Below are positions 51,501 through 64,000 of a DNA stretch of 64,000 nucleotides, one piece after another. The position numbers and the translations under genes were made by a program. The notes beneath the pieces were generated by a model. It was given only the letters and a program-made list of their open reading frames with translations. It was not told where the DNA came from and ran no database searches. Each line of letters begins with the position of its first letter. Within the stretch, counting starts at the first letter, position 1. Source of the DNA: Lepidodermella squamata (lineage: Eukaryota; Animalia; Gastrotricha); NCBI GenBank assembly GCA_047495785.1, contig JBLDXI010000056.1, positions 248,001 to 312,000 on the forward strand, in the 5' to 3' direction.

Positions 51501-54500
51501 CCAGCGCGGCCGAGAGGGCTCATGGCGCGGCGGACCGGCGACGGCGAGCCAGCTCGTGGGATGACGACGCTGTGGTTGTTCGTGGTTGCGTAGGTCTGGT
51601 CGAAGCCCTTTGACGGCGACGACGGGCGGGAACCGGGGCGGCGTGGGCTGGGCGAGCGGCGGCCAGCCGGCGAGACGGACCGCTCTCGGCCGCCAATGCC
51701 CAACGACCGGCGAAGAGACGAGTGAACCGAGGTCAGTTTGTACTCGACGTCGCGCTTCAGAGCTTCGAGGCGCGTCAGCTGAGCCTCCAGGGCAGCGACA
51801 CGGCCTTCGGCGGCGCAGAGTTTCTCGCGCAGCTCGGCGGCATTCGCCTGGCTTTGTTCGTACTGAACGGCGAGGTTGCGTCGCTGGTCGTCCCAACGAG
51901 CCTCGGCGGCACGGGCTTCGTCCGCAGAGAGGCGCAGCTCGCGATCTCTCGCGGCCAGGGCCTCCTCAGCCTCGCCCAACTTCCGCTGGGTGTTGGCCAG
52001 CTCCTTGCGTAAAGCCTCGCGGCCGGCTTCGATCTCGACATTCTTCTGGCGAAGACCGAACGACTCGCGGCGCTGCTCCTCGTCGCGCTCTTCGTCGCGG
52101 CGAACTCGGGTTTGAAGTTCCCCGACAGCCTGGCCCAGCTTGGCGCGCTCAGAGTCGAGGAGTTTCACCTGGCGGCGAAGTTCCTGCAACTCGCGACGAG
52201 CGTCCAAACGAGCCCGTTCGACATCGCGCAAGTTCTGGCGCAGTTCGGCCGCCTCTCGCTGAACGCCCGCCTTCTGCTCCTCGAGCACCTGGATGCGTTG
52301 CCGAGATTCCGCGAGCAGTCGAGCGGTTTCAGCGCGTTCCTGTTCAGCACGCTTCAGCTTCTGCCGAGCTTCGTCCGCAGCCCTGGCAACGGCCTCGCGC
52401 TCTGCAGCCTCATCCGCAGCAGCTCGTCTAGCTTCGGCAACTTCCTTCCGAAGCAGCTCACGACCTTCATCACCCTCCCGGACCCTGCGGTTAGATTCCA
52501 GCAGTTCTTTACGCAAGTTGTCGCGAGCCTCCTCGGCAACCTTCAGCTGAACCTTCAGCTCGGCAGCTTCACGGCCATGGGCATCGCGCTGTTGGCGCAA
52601 AGTCTCGCCAGTTGCTTGCAACTCGCGAACCTCGCGTTCGTGCTCAGCCGTTTCGTCGTCCAGAGCCTTGTGGATCTTCTTGATTTCAGCATTCAGCTGG
52701 TTGATCAACTGCTGATCCTGCTCGATCTGCTGCGCAGTCTCGCGGCGAAGTCGCTCAAGGTCGGACGCGGTCTTCTCCAACTCAGCCCGCGTTGCAATCA
52801 GCTTCTCAGTGACTGCAGCTCGGTCGTTTTCGGCCAGCGATAACGCGTGTTGCTTATCCGCCTCAGCCGCCAGGAGTTGGGAATCCCGTTCGCGTTGCAG
52901 ACGCGCCAACTCCGCCTGCAGCTCATCCTGGGCATGAGCAGCCCGCAGGCAGATGTCGTCGCGCTCGGCCGCCCACTGCTGAAGGGCAGATTCCAGCTTG
53001 GATTCGTGCTCATGGCGCAGGGCCTGGCGGTCTCTGGTCGCCTTCTCCGCCTCCTCCTCCCGAGCTTGTCGCTCCGCAGCCAACTGGCTCTGAGAATCCT
53101 TCTCCGACTGCAGAAGGCGCTGAGTCAACGCCTCACGTTGGCGATCGGTCTTCTCGGTCAACGCCTCAAGTTCTCGTTGCAGCCTGGCGTTGTCACAGGC
53201 CAGCTGCTCGCGACGAAGCGCCAACTCCTGAGCTTCAGCCTCGGCCTGAGCCCTTCGGGTGTCCACGTTGGCATGGGCTGTCTGGAGCTCGTACAACTGC
53301 GCCTCTAACGCCTGTTTATCAGCGTTAAGAGCCGCCACTAGCGCACCCTGGTCGCGGCTATCCTTCTCCGCAGCTTGCAGGGCAACCGCCAGTTCAGCGC
53401 GTTCTCGGCTCAGCTCTTCCTTAGCCTTATTCAAATGGATAATCTGCTCGGAACTTCGCTCGGCATCACGGCGAACCACCGACAACTCATCGGCAACTGC
53501 AGCCCTCTGGCGGGACAGTGCGTTGAGCTGTTCGTGAAGCTCGGCCTTGTCGCGATTCAATGCTCGGATTTCGTCCAACAAACGGTCCTGCCGCTCCTCG
53601 GCCAGGCCCAGGGCTTGATGCAACGCAGCTCGCTCAGTATCAGCGTCCAGGCGTTCGTGCTCAACTCGGAGCAGCTCCTCGCGGATTCCTTGCTTCTCCT
53701 GCTCTAAGACCTGTTTCTCCGCAACTAGGCAAGCGCGTTGTTGCTCGAGCTCGAGGACTAATCGGTTCATTTCAATCTTATCCTGCCCGAGGCCCTCGCT
53801 GAGAGCCTGCAGTTTCAGCAGCGCGTCTTTAAGCGCGTGCTGCTCGCCGCGGAGTCGATCGGCGCTGAGTTCCAACTCGGCCCGCGCGCCCTCGCACCGC
53901 TGCAGAGCATCCGCGAGTTCGTTCTTCTCCTGCTCCAGCAAATCTCTCGCCAGCTGCGTCTGGTGCAGCTGCTCGCGAACCGTGACCAACTCCTCGCGCA
54001 GACGGCTTGTTTTCTGCTCGAGTTGGTCGATAACCTTATGACAGCGTTCGTTCTCCTTGACCTGGCGCTCTTTATCGCGAGTTACGTCGTCTTTTTCCTC
54101 GTCCAAGGCGTCGCGTTGGCGCTGCAGATCGGCGTTGGCTTGCGTTAGGCGGGCAATGTCGCCGCTCAGCTGTTCGACCTGTTCGCGCATGTTCGCCTTC
54201 AGCTTCTCGAGTTGCGACCGTTCGGTGTTCGACATGGATAGCGCAGATTTTGTGCGGTCACGGTCGCGGGCGCAGTCTTCGCGCTCGCGGTTCAGCGAGT
54301 CCAGCTCAGTTCGGTATTCGCTGAGTTGACGGTCGAGGCGACGGCGCTCGGTCTCCAGCTCGTCAGCTTGCTTGCGCAGGGCATTCGCGCGTTCACGTTC
54401 CGAAGCCAGTTTCGATCGAAGCTCAGACACCTATAACGAAAAATTCATAAAATTCAAGAATTATTGAAATACTAAAATTCAAAAATGAATAATTCCTCAA

Positions 54501-57014
54501 ATTTTTAAATTTTACAAATTCTAACAAAAAATAATGAATAATCGAATAAATGTCAGGATTCTGCAGAACCATTCGGAATTATTTCTGCAAAGAAATTTCG
54601 CTGCTCAAGAAAAATTCAAAAATTTAACCCACAGAGTTTAGCCCGCAAAAATGTCCCGAACAAATTTATTGGAATTTTTCAGTCTCATCTTTTCGTAAAA
54701 TATTGGAATTTCGAATTTGCGATACAATTATCCTCAATTTAATCTCAATTCATTTTTTAAATTATTAAACTTAGGGATCCAGCTCTAGATTTTCCAAAAT
54801 TTCAAATTCCCCGCCTACCTTAGAACTTTTTCCGAAAGCGGAAAAATGTTTGCTACTAGGATTTTTTTTAAATTACATGAAGTTATCGAATCGTGAAAAA
54901 TTCCAATTTTTTAAATATTTTTCTAATTTCTTTTCGCCAGAGTTTTCAATTAGGAAATTCTCAAGACGCCCAATATTCCAAGAATTTTCTAAAAAAATCG
55001 ATTTCGGACTAATTTTTGTTACCTGTAATTGCCGTTTCTGGAGCGCAGCCTTGACAGCTGAGAACGTCGAATCGGCGAAAGCAGGCGAGCGAGCACGAGC
55101 GTAACGACTCGGCGACTGCGAGCGAGCGCGGCCGCCAGCCGGGCTCGACTTGGCCACCGACTCGGCCTCCTCCGCGTCCGCGTCGTTGATGACCGCCGCC
55201 GCAATGTCGCGCAGGGCCGCGTGCAGCGCCTCAGTTTCGTCTCGGGCGATACGCAGTTCGGCCGACTCGGGCGCATTCACGTTCAGCGTCATCGTCGACC
55301 CGGCCGGCGACTGGCACAGCCCGGCGAGTTGGGCCCGCATGCGCTCGTTCGCCGTCGACAGTTCGGCGATGCGTGACGCGAGCTCGGCGCCCTGGGCGTC
55401 GACGCGCGACTGCAGGTCGTTCGTCTCGCGGGACTTGTCGCGCAGCTGCGCCTCGAGCGAGGCGATGCGGCCGCGTTCCTGGTCGAGCGCGAGTTGCGAC
55501 TGCGTGTCCGCCGAGCGAACGTTCGCCAACAGGTTCACGCAGGCCGAGTGCAGCGCGCGCGACGTGCGCGTCATGTCGTTGCGCACGTGCGCCAGGTCGC
55601 GCTCGGTCGACGCGCGCAGTTCGGTGAATTGACGGCGGAAACGAACCACCGCTCGCCATAACTGCAGCAAACGACCGTGCTCCTAAAAAAATTCATAAAC
55701 AATTTAAAAATTGCACAATCAAAATATTCTTAAGAATTCCGAAATTCGAAATTCGCTCTCCTTTTTACTGTTCAATTTAATTTGAAATTTTTCAGTCAGC
55801 AGTTGCGCTATATTTAAATTAATTTGGACAGATTAAACAATACCTTCTACGCACAGGAAATTTGAACTTCCTTCCCAACTCAATTAATGATTCATGATTT
55901 CAAATTTCCTGTTTGGATACCAATTTATTTTCGTAATTCATGCTAATGACAATAATTCAGTAAATATTTGGATTTCATCTGAAGTCATGAAAAAACCGAA
56001 TAACCCATTTTTCCGAATTTAGCGTTTCATTGACTTAGTAAGTGATTTTTCACAGTTTCAATGAGAAATATTTCCCCCTGAATTTTTGAGAAAATCAAAT
56101 TGTAAAAGTTGATGATCGTGCTTACCTGTGAGAAGTATTCGTTGAACGACTGCTCCTCGCGGCGCCACTCTTCCTCGCGTGTTTCGAGCTCGCGCCGCGC
56201 CCGCTGCCAGTCCTCGGTAAGGCGCTGCAGGTCGCACGTGAGCTGCTGGTTCGCCGCCGTCGCCTGGTCGAGCTGTTCGCGCAGCATCGTGTTGACATGC
56301 GCGAGGCTCGTCGCCCGCTGCCGCTCCTCCTCCAGCTGGATCAGGGCCGATTCTAAGTCGAGCCCGGACGTATCAGCCATTTTATCCTTACGTGCTGCTT
56401 CAAGTGTGCCTTGATTGGCCTGAAATCATTAAAAAAACTTATTAATAAACATTCAAACAGATTTAAAATGTAAATAATAAGGGAAAATGTCCCTAATATC
56501 GGAAGCGATCAGCCAGTAAAAAATCATCGACTGTCGAAAAACTTTCTAGAATCTGGTTCGATCTAATCTGATAGAATCTGATGTCAATCAATTTTTGCCA
56601 AATTAGTAACCTCAAGAAATGTGGGGAGTAGTCTAAGAATCTTTGAAAATAAATAAATGAATAATGAGACAATGGTAAAAAATTTAGTCGAATTTCGAGC
56701 TCTAATCGCATGCATTCAACAAAGAAAGAACAGTAAAATTGAGGTCATTTCCACTTTTCCAGGTTAATTATACAGTTTGAATACAAATATTTGGAGAAAA
56801 TCGCCCTAGAGAAATTATTAACCTAATTCTTCCGTATCGAAAATGACCCATATAACCGGGTCTGGTATTTTTTAAATAATTTCAAAGAATGAAAATTTAA
56901 GATTTGTTATAAACTGACCTGTTGAAGACAGTACAAAAGACGACTGCGCTCCTCGGCCAAGTGGATAACTCGCGCTTCGAGTTCGGCGCACTTTTCGATA
57001 TACGACTCTAAGGT
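48562..57014 (-). CDS. CROCC: Rootletin (ciliary rootlet coiled-coil protein), 5'-partial; exons 57014-56919, 56419-56126, 55682-55023, 54430-50108, 50050-49804, 49199-48562
   Basis: Family hallmarks LESALIQLEEERQRATSLAHVNTMLREQLDQA, EHGRLLQLWRAVV, SPAFADSTFSAVKAALQKRQLQV and QAERTLELRERIHRQRIRGLEEQI; long coiled coil; all junctions GT-AG and in frame. Confidence 0.92.
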
Positions 57015-60000
57015 CTAGAGGCACGGACAACAACAAAATGAGAAAGAAACAAATCGTGATTTCGGCCGAATGGTATTTGATAGAAAAAACACGCGTTCAA
57101 TTACACAAGCGATAAACAATGACGAAAGCGAAGTAGCCATATAAGACGACGACAAAAGCGGTGATCAAAACACGATATGCCTTAATTCAAGGACAATAAA
57201 CTTGCACTGGCGGGCGCGAAAAATAACCTCTTGATAGCAGCCACGGTAGTAGTAGTAGTGGTTGTTGATAATTAATTCAACGCTAAGGTATCGAAAAATG
57301 GTTGAGGCATCGATGACGCGGCGATGCGGCTAAGTTGGCCGCTCGGGACGATACACGAGGCCAATCGCAATAGGACACAATAGGTCGTATTATTAAAAAG
57401 CTGCTTTGTTTTAAGGCAATTTTTCGATGATTACAAACTCGCGTTTCTTTACACAAGCACAGGCGCGCGCAAATCTCCGGGGCCCGCGCGCTCGCAATAA
57501 AAAGATACGCATGAAATATTCAGGAGAGAGCGGCATGAATACAAAATTCAGCATTCATCATTCAGCCGGACGAGAGCTGAGAGAAGAATGAAACCGGGTG
57601 AAAGGCGGCCTGTGGTGGTAGCCCGGCCGTCGATGAATAACATTGGTAGCAGCAGAGGCTGGTAGGGCCAGTTGAGGTGAAAAGAAGGCGCCTGGTCACA
57701 TAATATTAAATGAATGAAACGTGCGTTTGAAGGCGCGACGCCGTGAATCGCAAATGCGGTCAAGGCGGTAAACAACAAGACGCTATATAGATACATTGCT
57801 ACATCATAGATAGACGCGCAGCACAATTTCGCGCTCGGCCGGTTTCGCGCGCGCGCACGAGCTATTCATCGTGTTTTTCGGCGGGCCGAGCATGAATTAT
57901 TGACGGCCTAATACAAGTAACGAACGATAGGTAGTCGTCGTAGTTGTGGCCACCCTGCGTCTGCTGCACAACAAAAGCGCTCGCTCTCTCGCAAATCGAA
58001 CAACGACAAAGCGACTACTTAATTTTTTCGACAACGACGAAAAAATTGCGCTCACAATTTGTGGTTGTAGCTGTGGTGGCGGTTTGAGTTCGATTTTGCT
58101 GCTGCTGCTGCTGCGATTCGTCGTCGCCGTCGTCGTCATCGTCGTCGTTGGCTGCCGTGTTTGCTTTTGAATTATTTTCGGTGTTTGCTGATATTGACGG
58201 TGATTATGAGTATGATGATGATAACGTCGATCGCCCACTGGCATCGCAAAATCACCGCGCCGCGCCGCAGCAGGAATTTTTTTCTGCGTCGCGGCTTTCG
58301 AGCTCGTGCAAAACGCCCAAAGCGACGATATAGGCATATTAATAATAATAGTAATAATAAATTCAGAGTATTGGTAGAAAATCGACCGAATAATGAGCTC
58401 ATCATCATCACCGGTCTCATTTCGCCGGATATTTACCAAAGTCAAATGTCCGGAAATGGGTCCAGGGGTCACAGATCCGCGATTCAAATCGGTAAATATC
58501 GCAAATGGAAAATCGGTGAATTTTTGTGGGAGGGGCGCAAAAACACGAAAAATCAGTCTGTCTGTGTTAAATTTCGCGCGCGCCGCATTCTCGTGTATTA
58601 TTGAGGTCGCGCTACAATGCTACTATTGTGTTGTTTGTGAATATGAGAGTAAGGCGAGGCGGCCAAGTTATGAGGTTTGAGGATGCGAAAATATTGATGA
58701 AATGTCCTGCCGTGCTCTCGTTAGCTCGTGCGTGCGCTAACCTCAATCATCTACGTCGTAGCAGCAGCAAACACAACACAACTCGGCCGCGTTTCGATCG
58801 ATTTGTGGAGGTGAACGAGCCCCCAGCGCGCGCTGACTCGCGACTGACTGGCTACCTGAGTTAACGATCAATCGTTAATCTCACACACACACAGACATAG
58901 AACATAGAGAGACACAGTGCGCGGGACCGGAAAGCTATTAGATAGCAAATATTTACAGGTCGTCGCGATTGCGTAAGCTGAAAAAATATCAGGTAAGCTA
59001 AAATTGCAATTTGCGTACAGAGGACAATTTTGCAAGACTGCGAAGCTTAGCCTTCGAAAATAGGTGGCCTTTTGACGCGCGCGAAACGCCGTTCGCCGTT
59101 GAATGGCAGCGCCTCGAGTCGCGTCGCACTCGACAAACGGCTGACCGGTTCGCTTCAATAGGCTGGTCGAAAAGACGAAACTTATAGATGATACCTACCT
59201 ATTAATAATATTTGTTTATGTAATTCTACTTCTAACCAGCGACGCCTGTTCAGATCAGTGGAGCGAGCCGTGTCTTAAAGTTGCCTAGCGCCGTTGATTT
59301 GCCGGCGAACTGGACAGCGTGAATGGCGGTGTAAACTCGCGTGCGGCCAGTCGGTCGTGATTTAATCAAAGCAACAACAAATCACCGCGTCGCTGCGTGA
59401 AAGCCAGCCAGGCCAGCGACAAGCATTGACGCCAATTCACCGACGGCTTGGGTCAAACCTAGTTTTTTCCTAACGCCGCGCCGCGAAACATCGCCGCAAA
59501 GAACTTACGAGTTTTTTGCCATGTTTTTGACGGACATGGCTCTAATTTTTGCCACATATCACGTTGTTAAGGAGATGACATGCACACACGTAAGAGCAGC
59601 TAATTTCAGCTTTTAGAGTACTTGTAGTTTTTCTGTACTCACGTTTACTTGTACAAATAGCCAAGTAGAAGCAATCTAAGCGACTGAAACCCTTAATAAT
59701 TCTAGTCTAGCAGTTAACGCTTCTAATTTCACGCGAATTTCGGGAAATTTTAGGACTATCTACTTCAGAAAATTTCATTTACAAGAAGCATGAGTAGAAA
59801 GATTTTAACGTGTTTTTATAATATGTTCGAAAGAAAAGCGTCATCAATCACGAAAATCTGCACGTAAAAAGTCATCGTTTTTATCAAGCAAAGTCAAAGA
59901 ATGCTAGGATTTTTTACTTTAATTAAAGAAGTTGACACTCATCGATTATTGCAAGTTTCAATCATAATTGAATATTTTCCAACTCAGGATCGATAATCTG

Positions 60001-60783
60001 ACGGTTTCAGGAAGAGCCCAAGACAATTTTTCACTAGTAAATCGCCCTAGAATCGCTGCGATCAGCTTTGATCGAAATTGAAATTGGAATTGAAGTTGCA
60101 GCTCACTTCCCCGCGACTCAATGTCCGTGCCCTATCGTCACCCGCCCCTGCATCTACATTGAAATTGGTCACTATGATCGAAAAATACCTAAACATTAAT
60201 TTATTGTAATCTTGGAATATTGTCTACTAGTCATTAACGATTGATGAAAAATGTCCGACAGTGCGAAGATGAATCGATAGCACGAACAAAATAACAGACA
60301 GGAGCGCAGCAGGTGTCAGTAGAGAACACTGCATGGGTCAGAAGTCTCCGATAATAGGTTTACAATGCTTGGTATATCCAGCTGTGAGCCATAAGTTTTT
60401 CGACTATCGGCATTTCTTTCCAATACACAACTTTTTGCTATTAATCACCAATCTCAATTACTCCAGCCAACCCACGCACCGGCGCTGAGAAATACTCGGT
60501 TTTAACGGTTTTATTTTTCTGCGGAAGGAATTAGGTCGCCTAATAAACGCGTTAGAAGAAAACTAGGTTAGTGGCGCAAATCTGAAGCTCTTGCATTGCA
60601 AAAAATAACGTTCACCACACAATAACCACAACGCCACCGAATACTTCAATGTGAAATAGGCATTGAAAAGCGTGTTACAATGGAGACTAAAAACAGCTCA
60701 ATATTTGCCGAATTAAATCGAAAAAATCAAATAAGCTAATTTTCAATGCTAACTCGGCGCAAAAGCACAGCGACTCAGCAATG

Positions 60784-60987
60784 CATATAGTTAGCGACGC
60801 GCCAAAACAGCCCCTTTACTATTTATAGCTTTTTATGGAAAGTACGTTCGACTCTTGAACGTATGGTCAAATTAGGATGAGTTCGATGAGTGCTCAAATA
60901 AGCCGACTCCTTCTTTACGTCCGGCTCGTCCAAGTACGATCGAATGAGTCATCAAAGTGGTTGTTTTGGCGCGTCGCTAACGATATG
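60784..60987. mobile_element. ~200-bp MITE
   Basis: Perfect 20-bp inverted repeats GTTAGCGACGCGCCAAAACA (60790-60809) / TGTTTTGGCGCGTCGCTAAC (60962-60981), extendable imperfectly to ~33 bp. Confidence 0.75.
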
Positions 60988-61577
60988 GAATAAAGCTGCA
61001 GATATTATGCAGAAGAAAATGGTATGAGGTATGACAATTATGACCAATTATTATTGCTGCAGTTTAGAAACGGACTGTACACTGAGCACTAAAACAAGCC
61101 AAAAAAAAACCAGCGGGACGTTGAAAACAAAGAAGTCCGGCCAAATTTATATGGAATCGTTTCTGGATTAAACAAGCAGTGAAAATGATTGCGATCGACA
61201 ACTTCGCACTTTCATTTAGCTCTGTTTTCGGTTATTAGCTAAGTGCAAACCAATTTCTCTAAAATTTTAGGACAATATCACCTATAGAAACGATCGAACA
61301 ACAAGGTAGACTTTATTTCAAAGGAAAAGCGAAGAAAAGCAAAAATAGCAAATAGCGCAACTGGTCATTTAGGCTGGCCGTTTAATTTCCTTATCAACAG
61401 CAAGCAAGCGTAAAAACAGGCGACGAAATGATTGGCATCAAAGCAGTAAGCGGACCATATTTTTTACTCCTGCTCATTTGTATATTAGCCATCGATCATA
61501 GCCGGACCGTCCAGCTAACCTCAAAAATCGATGGCAAGAGGGTGTGACGCTGCGGAAGTGGGACGGTCAGATATTCG

Positions 61578-64000
61578 AACAAACAACAAACGCCTTTCTT
61601 TATTGACCGATCACCGATCCAAGTCAAAAAAATAATATCTAACGCACGAGTAAACTAGCTTAATATAACAACGACATAGTTAACACGGTCACAGTATGTT
61701 GACATTAGAGTAGTATTTACACCTCAAGTTCTGGAGTGATTTCTTCAGGGTTGTCAGCAGTCGCCTTTTGTCGTTCAAGGTGGCCAGGTCCCACACATTT
61801 ACACTCGGCAGAACCATCGATCTGAACACCCCCGGCACTGGGCAGTCTGGGCAGTCGTCCATCAGGTGTTCTATGATGTATGATATCGCAGCCGGCTCGC
61901 CGCACTCCGTGCATGCTATGACTGATCTACCGCTGGCTAAAACTTTGAAGGGTTTGAAGGCTGATCCTGTTCTGATTTGCAGCAGCGTTCGTACCAGATC
62001 CCTTCGCATGCAGTCCCGGTAGCTGTTGACGGCACCAAATGCTACACTGGGTCCAACTATATGTTTCGCACGGGTAACTTCAATCGCTTGAGATTCTAGG
62101 GCATGGTTCGACTTGTCGGAAACGATTTTTTCCAGGGAAGTGAGATCCCTTGGTGTTAAGGAGAGGGAACCGTCGAGGTTGGCACTGTGTTCTGCCACAA
62201 TCTGCTTCACTTTGCTGGCAGGGTTGAATTTATAGTTGATTTCCTGTAAACCAATAAAAGCAGCTCTTGCTAAATCATTGCGGCAAATGCGAAGTTTGTT
62301 AAAAAACGTCACACTCATCATTGTTGCCTGCACCATTTTCGAGCTTAGGCCCAGCTCGCACGCTGTTCGAATATTCGAGGTGCAGGAGTTCAGCCCCCAG
62401 GCCAGTTTGTGCGCTCTTAGCATCGGTCGATCAATTTCTGGTCCAGCAAATGTTCCCCATAGTTGTGCTCCATATAGCGCGCTGCCGTACACCTTTACCC
62501 CGACCAGTGTTTCCAGTTGATGTTTCTTCAGCTGGGAGACGCGGACTCCTTTCCGTTTGATGGCCGACAGGGATGTCAGCCCACGCGACACGCCGGTGGA
62601 GATAGCCTCCTTCCAGTTCAGATTGAACGTGAACGGGATGCCCAAGTACTTGAAGGACCACGCACACTCGATCTTGGCACCATTTAGCGAGAAGGCATCG
62701 GCAATTGATAAGATGTGTTCGGTTCTCCTCTTGCAGAAAATAACTATCTTGGTTTTGTCAACGTTTATTTCCATACCTCGAAGTTTCGCAAAGCGGTCGA
62801 CGGCGTCAATCAGCCTTCGCATATTAGAGACGCTCTTAGCCAATCCCGTGGTATCGTCGGCAAACTTTAGCGCCGCCAACTTGATCTCATCGTTAATTTC
62901 GGCTTCGTTGATGACGCCACAGCTTGTAAGAAATTCGGGCAAGTCGCTGATCAGTATCGAGAATAGAAGAGGTGACAACGCATCGCCCTGTTTCACTCCT
63001 TGTTCCAGATTGAACCGGTCTGTAGAGGTGTTGCCGACTCTCAGTCGGGCAAAGCTATCGCGATACAAGTCGATTAAGACTGCAATGAAGTGAGACGAAA
63101 CACCTTTCTGAAACAAAGTCTCGAATAGGATGTTGTGGGGGACGCGATCAAACGCTTTCACGAAGTCAAAAAAGCACGCAATTAGATACCCACCCTTTTC
63201 CTTCAAGGCGTTAGCAATGGCAGCGAGGAGTACAGCGGCCGCTTCAGAAGCCCCCATGCCTTCCCGAAAGCCGAACTGGTTTGGGGGGAGAATCTTGTTG
63301 TCCTCGGCCCATTTGTAGAGACGATTGTATAGTACCTTTGAATAAATGCGGTAAAATAGCGGCAGTAGTGAGATTGTTCTGTAGTTATTGGGATCTAGCT
63401 TGCTTCCCTTTTTGAATATAGCCGTCATGGTTACTTCCTTCAGCGGATTGGGGAATTTCGTTGATTCAAAGCATCTTTTGAGAAACAGAAAGGCCAGGTT
63501 AGTGAAAAATTCCTTCGTGGTGTCGTCTGCTTTAACCGCGCGTGCCGTTATGCCGTCATAGCCCGGAGCCTTGTCCAGAGGCAGGTTTTCGACAACCACC
63601 TTAACCTCGTCGAATTCGAGCTGTTTATCCAGGGCGTCGACTCTTCGATTATTGTCAAATTTAAGCTGTCCTGGATTACTGCCTGCGAACAGGTTTTTGC
63701 AGTGTTTCCACCAGTCGGTGACGTTGATTGCCGTTTCGCATGCTTCACTTTGATCTCGGAAAGCTCGAAATAATTCTTTGTTTGTTCGATCATTCATTAT
63801 TCTCTCAAGGATGGTTGATTGACTGGGTGGTCTGGGTTTTCCAGTGGTCCTGTGCAGTTTCGTGACGAAGGCTGGTTGTAATAGTTGCATAATTGTCTTG
63901 AGTTGATCGTCTGATTGTTTCGTGTCCAGTATTTCGCGAAGGTGGCCTAGCTTCGGGTTCCAGTAAGCAGCGACGCCCTTGATTATAACAGGGTCTAGGT
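61578..64000 (-). mobile_element. Non-LTR retrotransposon (LINE, probably L2/Daphne-like), 3' part
   Basis: Open RT ORF, then a ~100-bp 3' UTR ending in a short TTTG/TTG repeat tail (61578-61591). The clade assignment is inferred. Confidence 0.88.
61689..63998 (-). CDS. LINE ORF2 reverse transcriptase with C-terminal CCHC knuckle (5'-partial)
   Basis: KAPGYDGI, NYRTISLL, QFGFR, FFDFVKAFDRV, GVKQGDALSPLLF, FADD, FKYLG, CTECG...EHLMDDCP. The frame stays open upstream of Met 63890 to the window edge. Confidence 0.95.
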   Translation of the reverse strand, partial: LDPVIIKGVAAYWNPKLGHLREILDTKQSDDQLKTIMQLLQPAFVTKLHRTTGKPRPPSQSTILERIMNDRTNKELFRAFRDQSEACETAINVTDWWKHCKNLFAGSNPGQLKFDNNRRVDALDKQLEFDEVKVVVENLPLDKAPGYDGITARAVKADDTTKEFFTNLAFLFLKRCFESTKFPNPLKEVTMTAIFKKGSKLDPNNYRTISLLPLFYRIYSKVLYNRLYKWAEDNKILPPNQFGFREGMGASEAAAVLLAAIANALKEKGGYLIACFFDFVKAFDRVPHNILFETLFQKGVSSHFIAVLIDLYRDSFARLRVGNTSTDRFNLEQGVKQGDALSPLLFSILISDLPEFLTSCGVINEAEINDEIKLAALKFADDTTGLAKSVSNMRRLIDAVDRFAKLRGMEINVDKTKIVIFCKRRTEHILSIADAFSLNGAKIECAWSFKYLGIPFTFNLNWKEAISTGVSRGLTSLSAIKRKGVRVSQLKKHQLETLVGVKVYGSALYGAQLWGTFAGPEIDRPMLRAHKLAWGLNSCTSNIRTACELGLSSKMVQATMMSVTFFNKLRICRNDLARAAFIGLQEINYKFNPASKVKQIVAEHSANLDGSLSLTPRDLTSLEKIVSDKSNHALESQAIEVTRAKHIVGPSVAFGAVNSYRDCMRRDLVRTLLQIRTGSAFKPFKVLASGRSVIACTECGEPAAISYIIEHLMDDCPDCPVPGVFRSMVLPSVNVWDLATLNDKRRLLTTLKKSLQNLRCKYYSNVNIL

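Noticed and set aside
50104-55659. Many long overlapping ORFs on both strands
   Set aside because: Shadow frames of GC-rich coiled-coil rootletin exons.
57897-58487. 196-aa low-complexity ORF upstream of rootletin
   Set aside because: Driven by trinucleotide repeats; no in-frame splice to the 57014 exon could be established. It may be UTR or an alternative first exon, but this is unsupported.

Overview
Compact-intron eukaryotic (invertebrate-type) genomic DNA; typical introns are about 50-55 bp. Bases 1-41.5 kb hold two head-to-tail paralogues (copy A <1071-19956; copy B 21384-41445) of a gene encoding a very large secreted mosaic protein of about 4,000 aa by my exon tally. Its architecture is signal peptide, ~17 EGF-like, 8 C-type lectin-like domains with Thr-rich linkers, 3 FA58C/discoidin, 4 fibrinogen C-terminal, PAN/apple, 4 CCP/sushi. 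Copy B is interrupted inside a fibrinogen exon by a 3.9-kb insertion carrying an RPA/OB-fold-like ORF. A diverged, intron-poor CTL/discoidin relative lies convergently at 41660-44475. It is followed by a small TPR gene, an ankyrin-repeat pseudogene, a rootletin (CROCC-like) gene on the minus strand (48562-57014, 5' end not located) and an open LINE ORF2 running off the window end. Introns contain nested MITEs and a tRNA-derived SINE. Exon coordinates were read by eye from GT/GC-AG signals and reading-frame continuity; no database searches were run.
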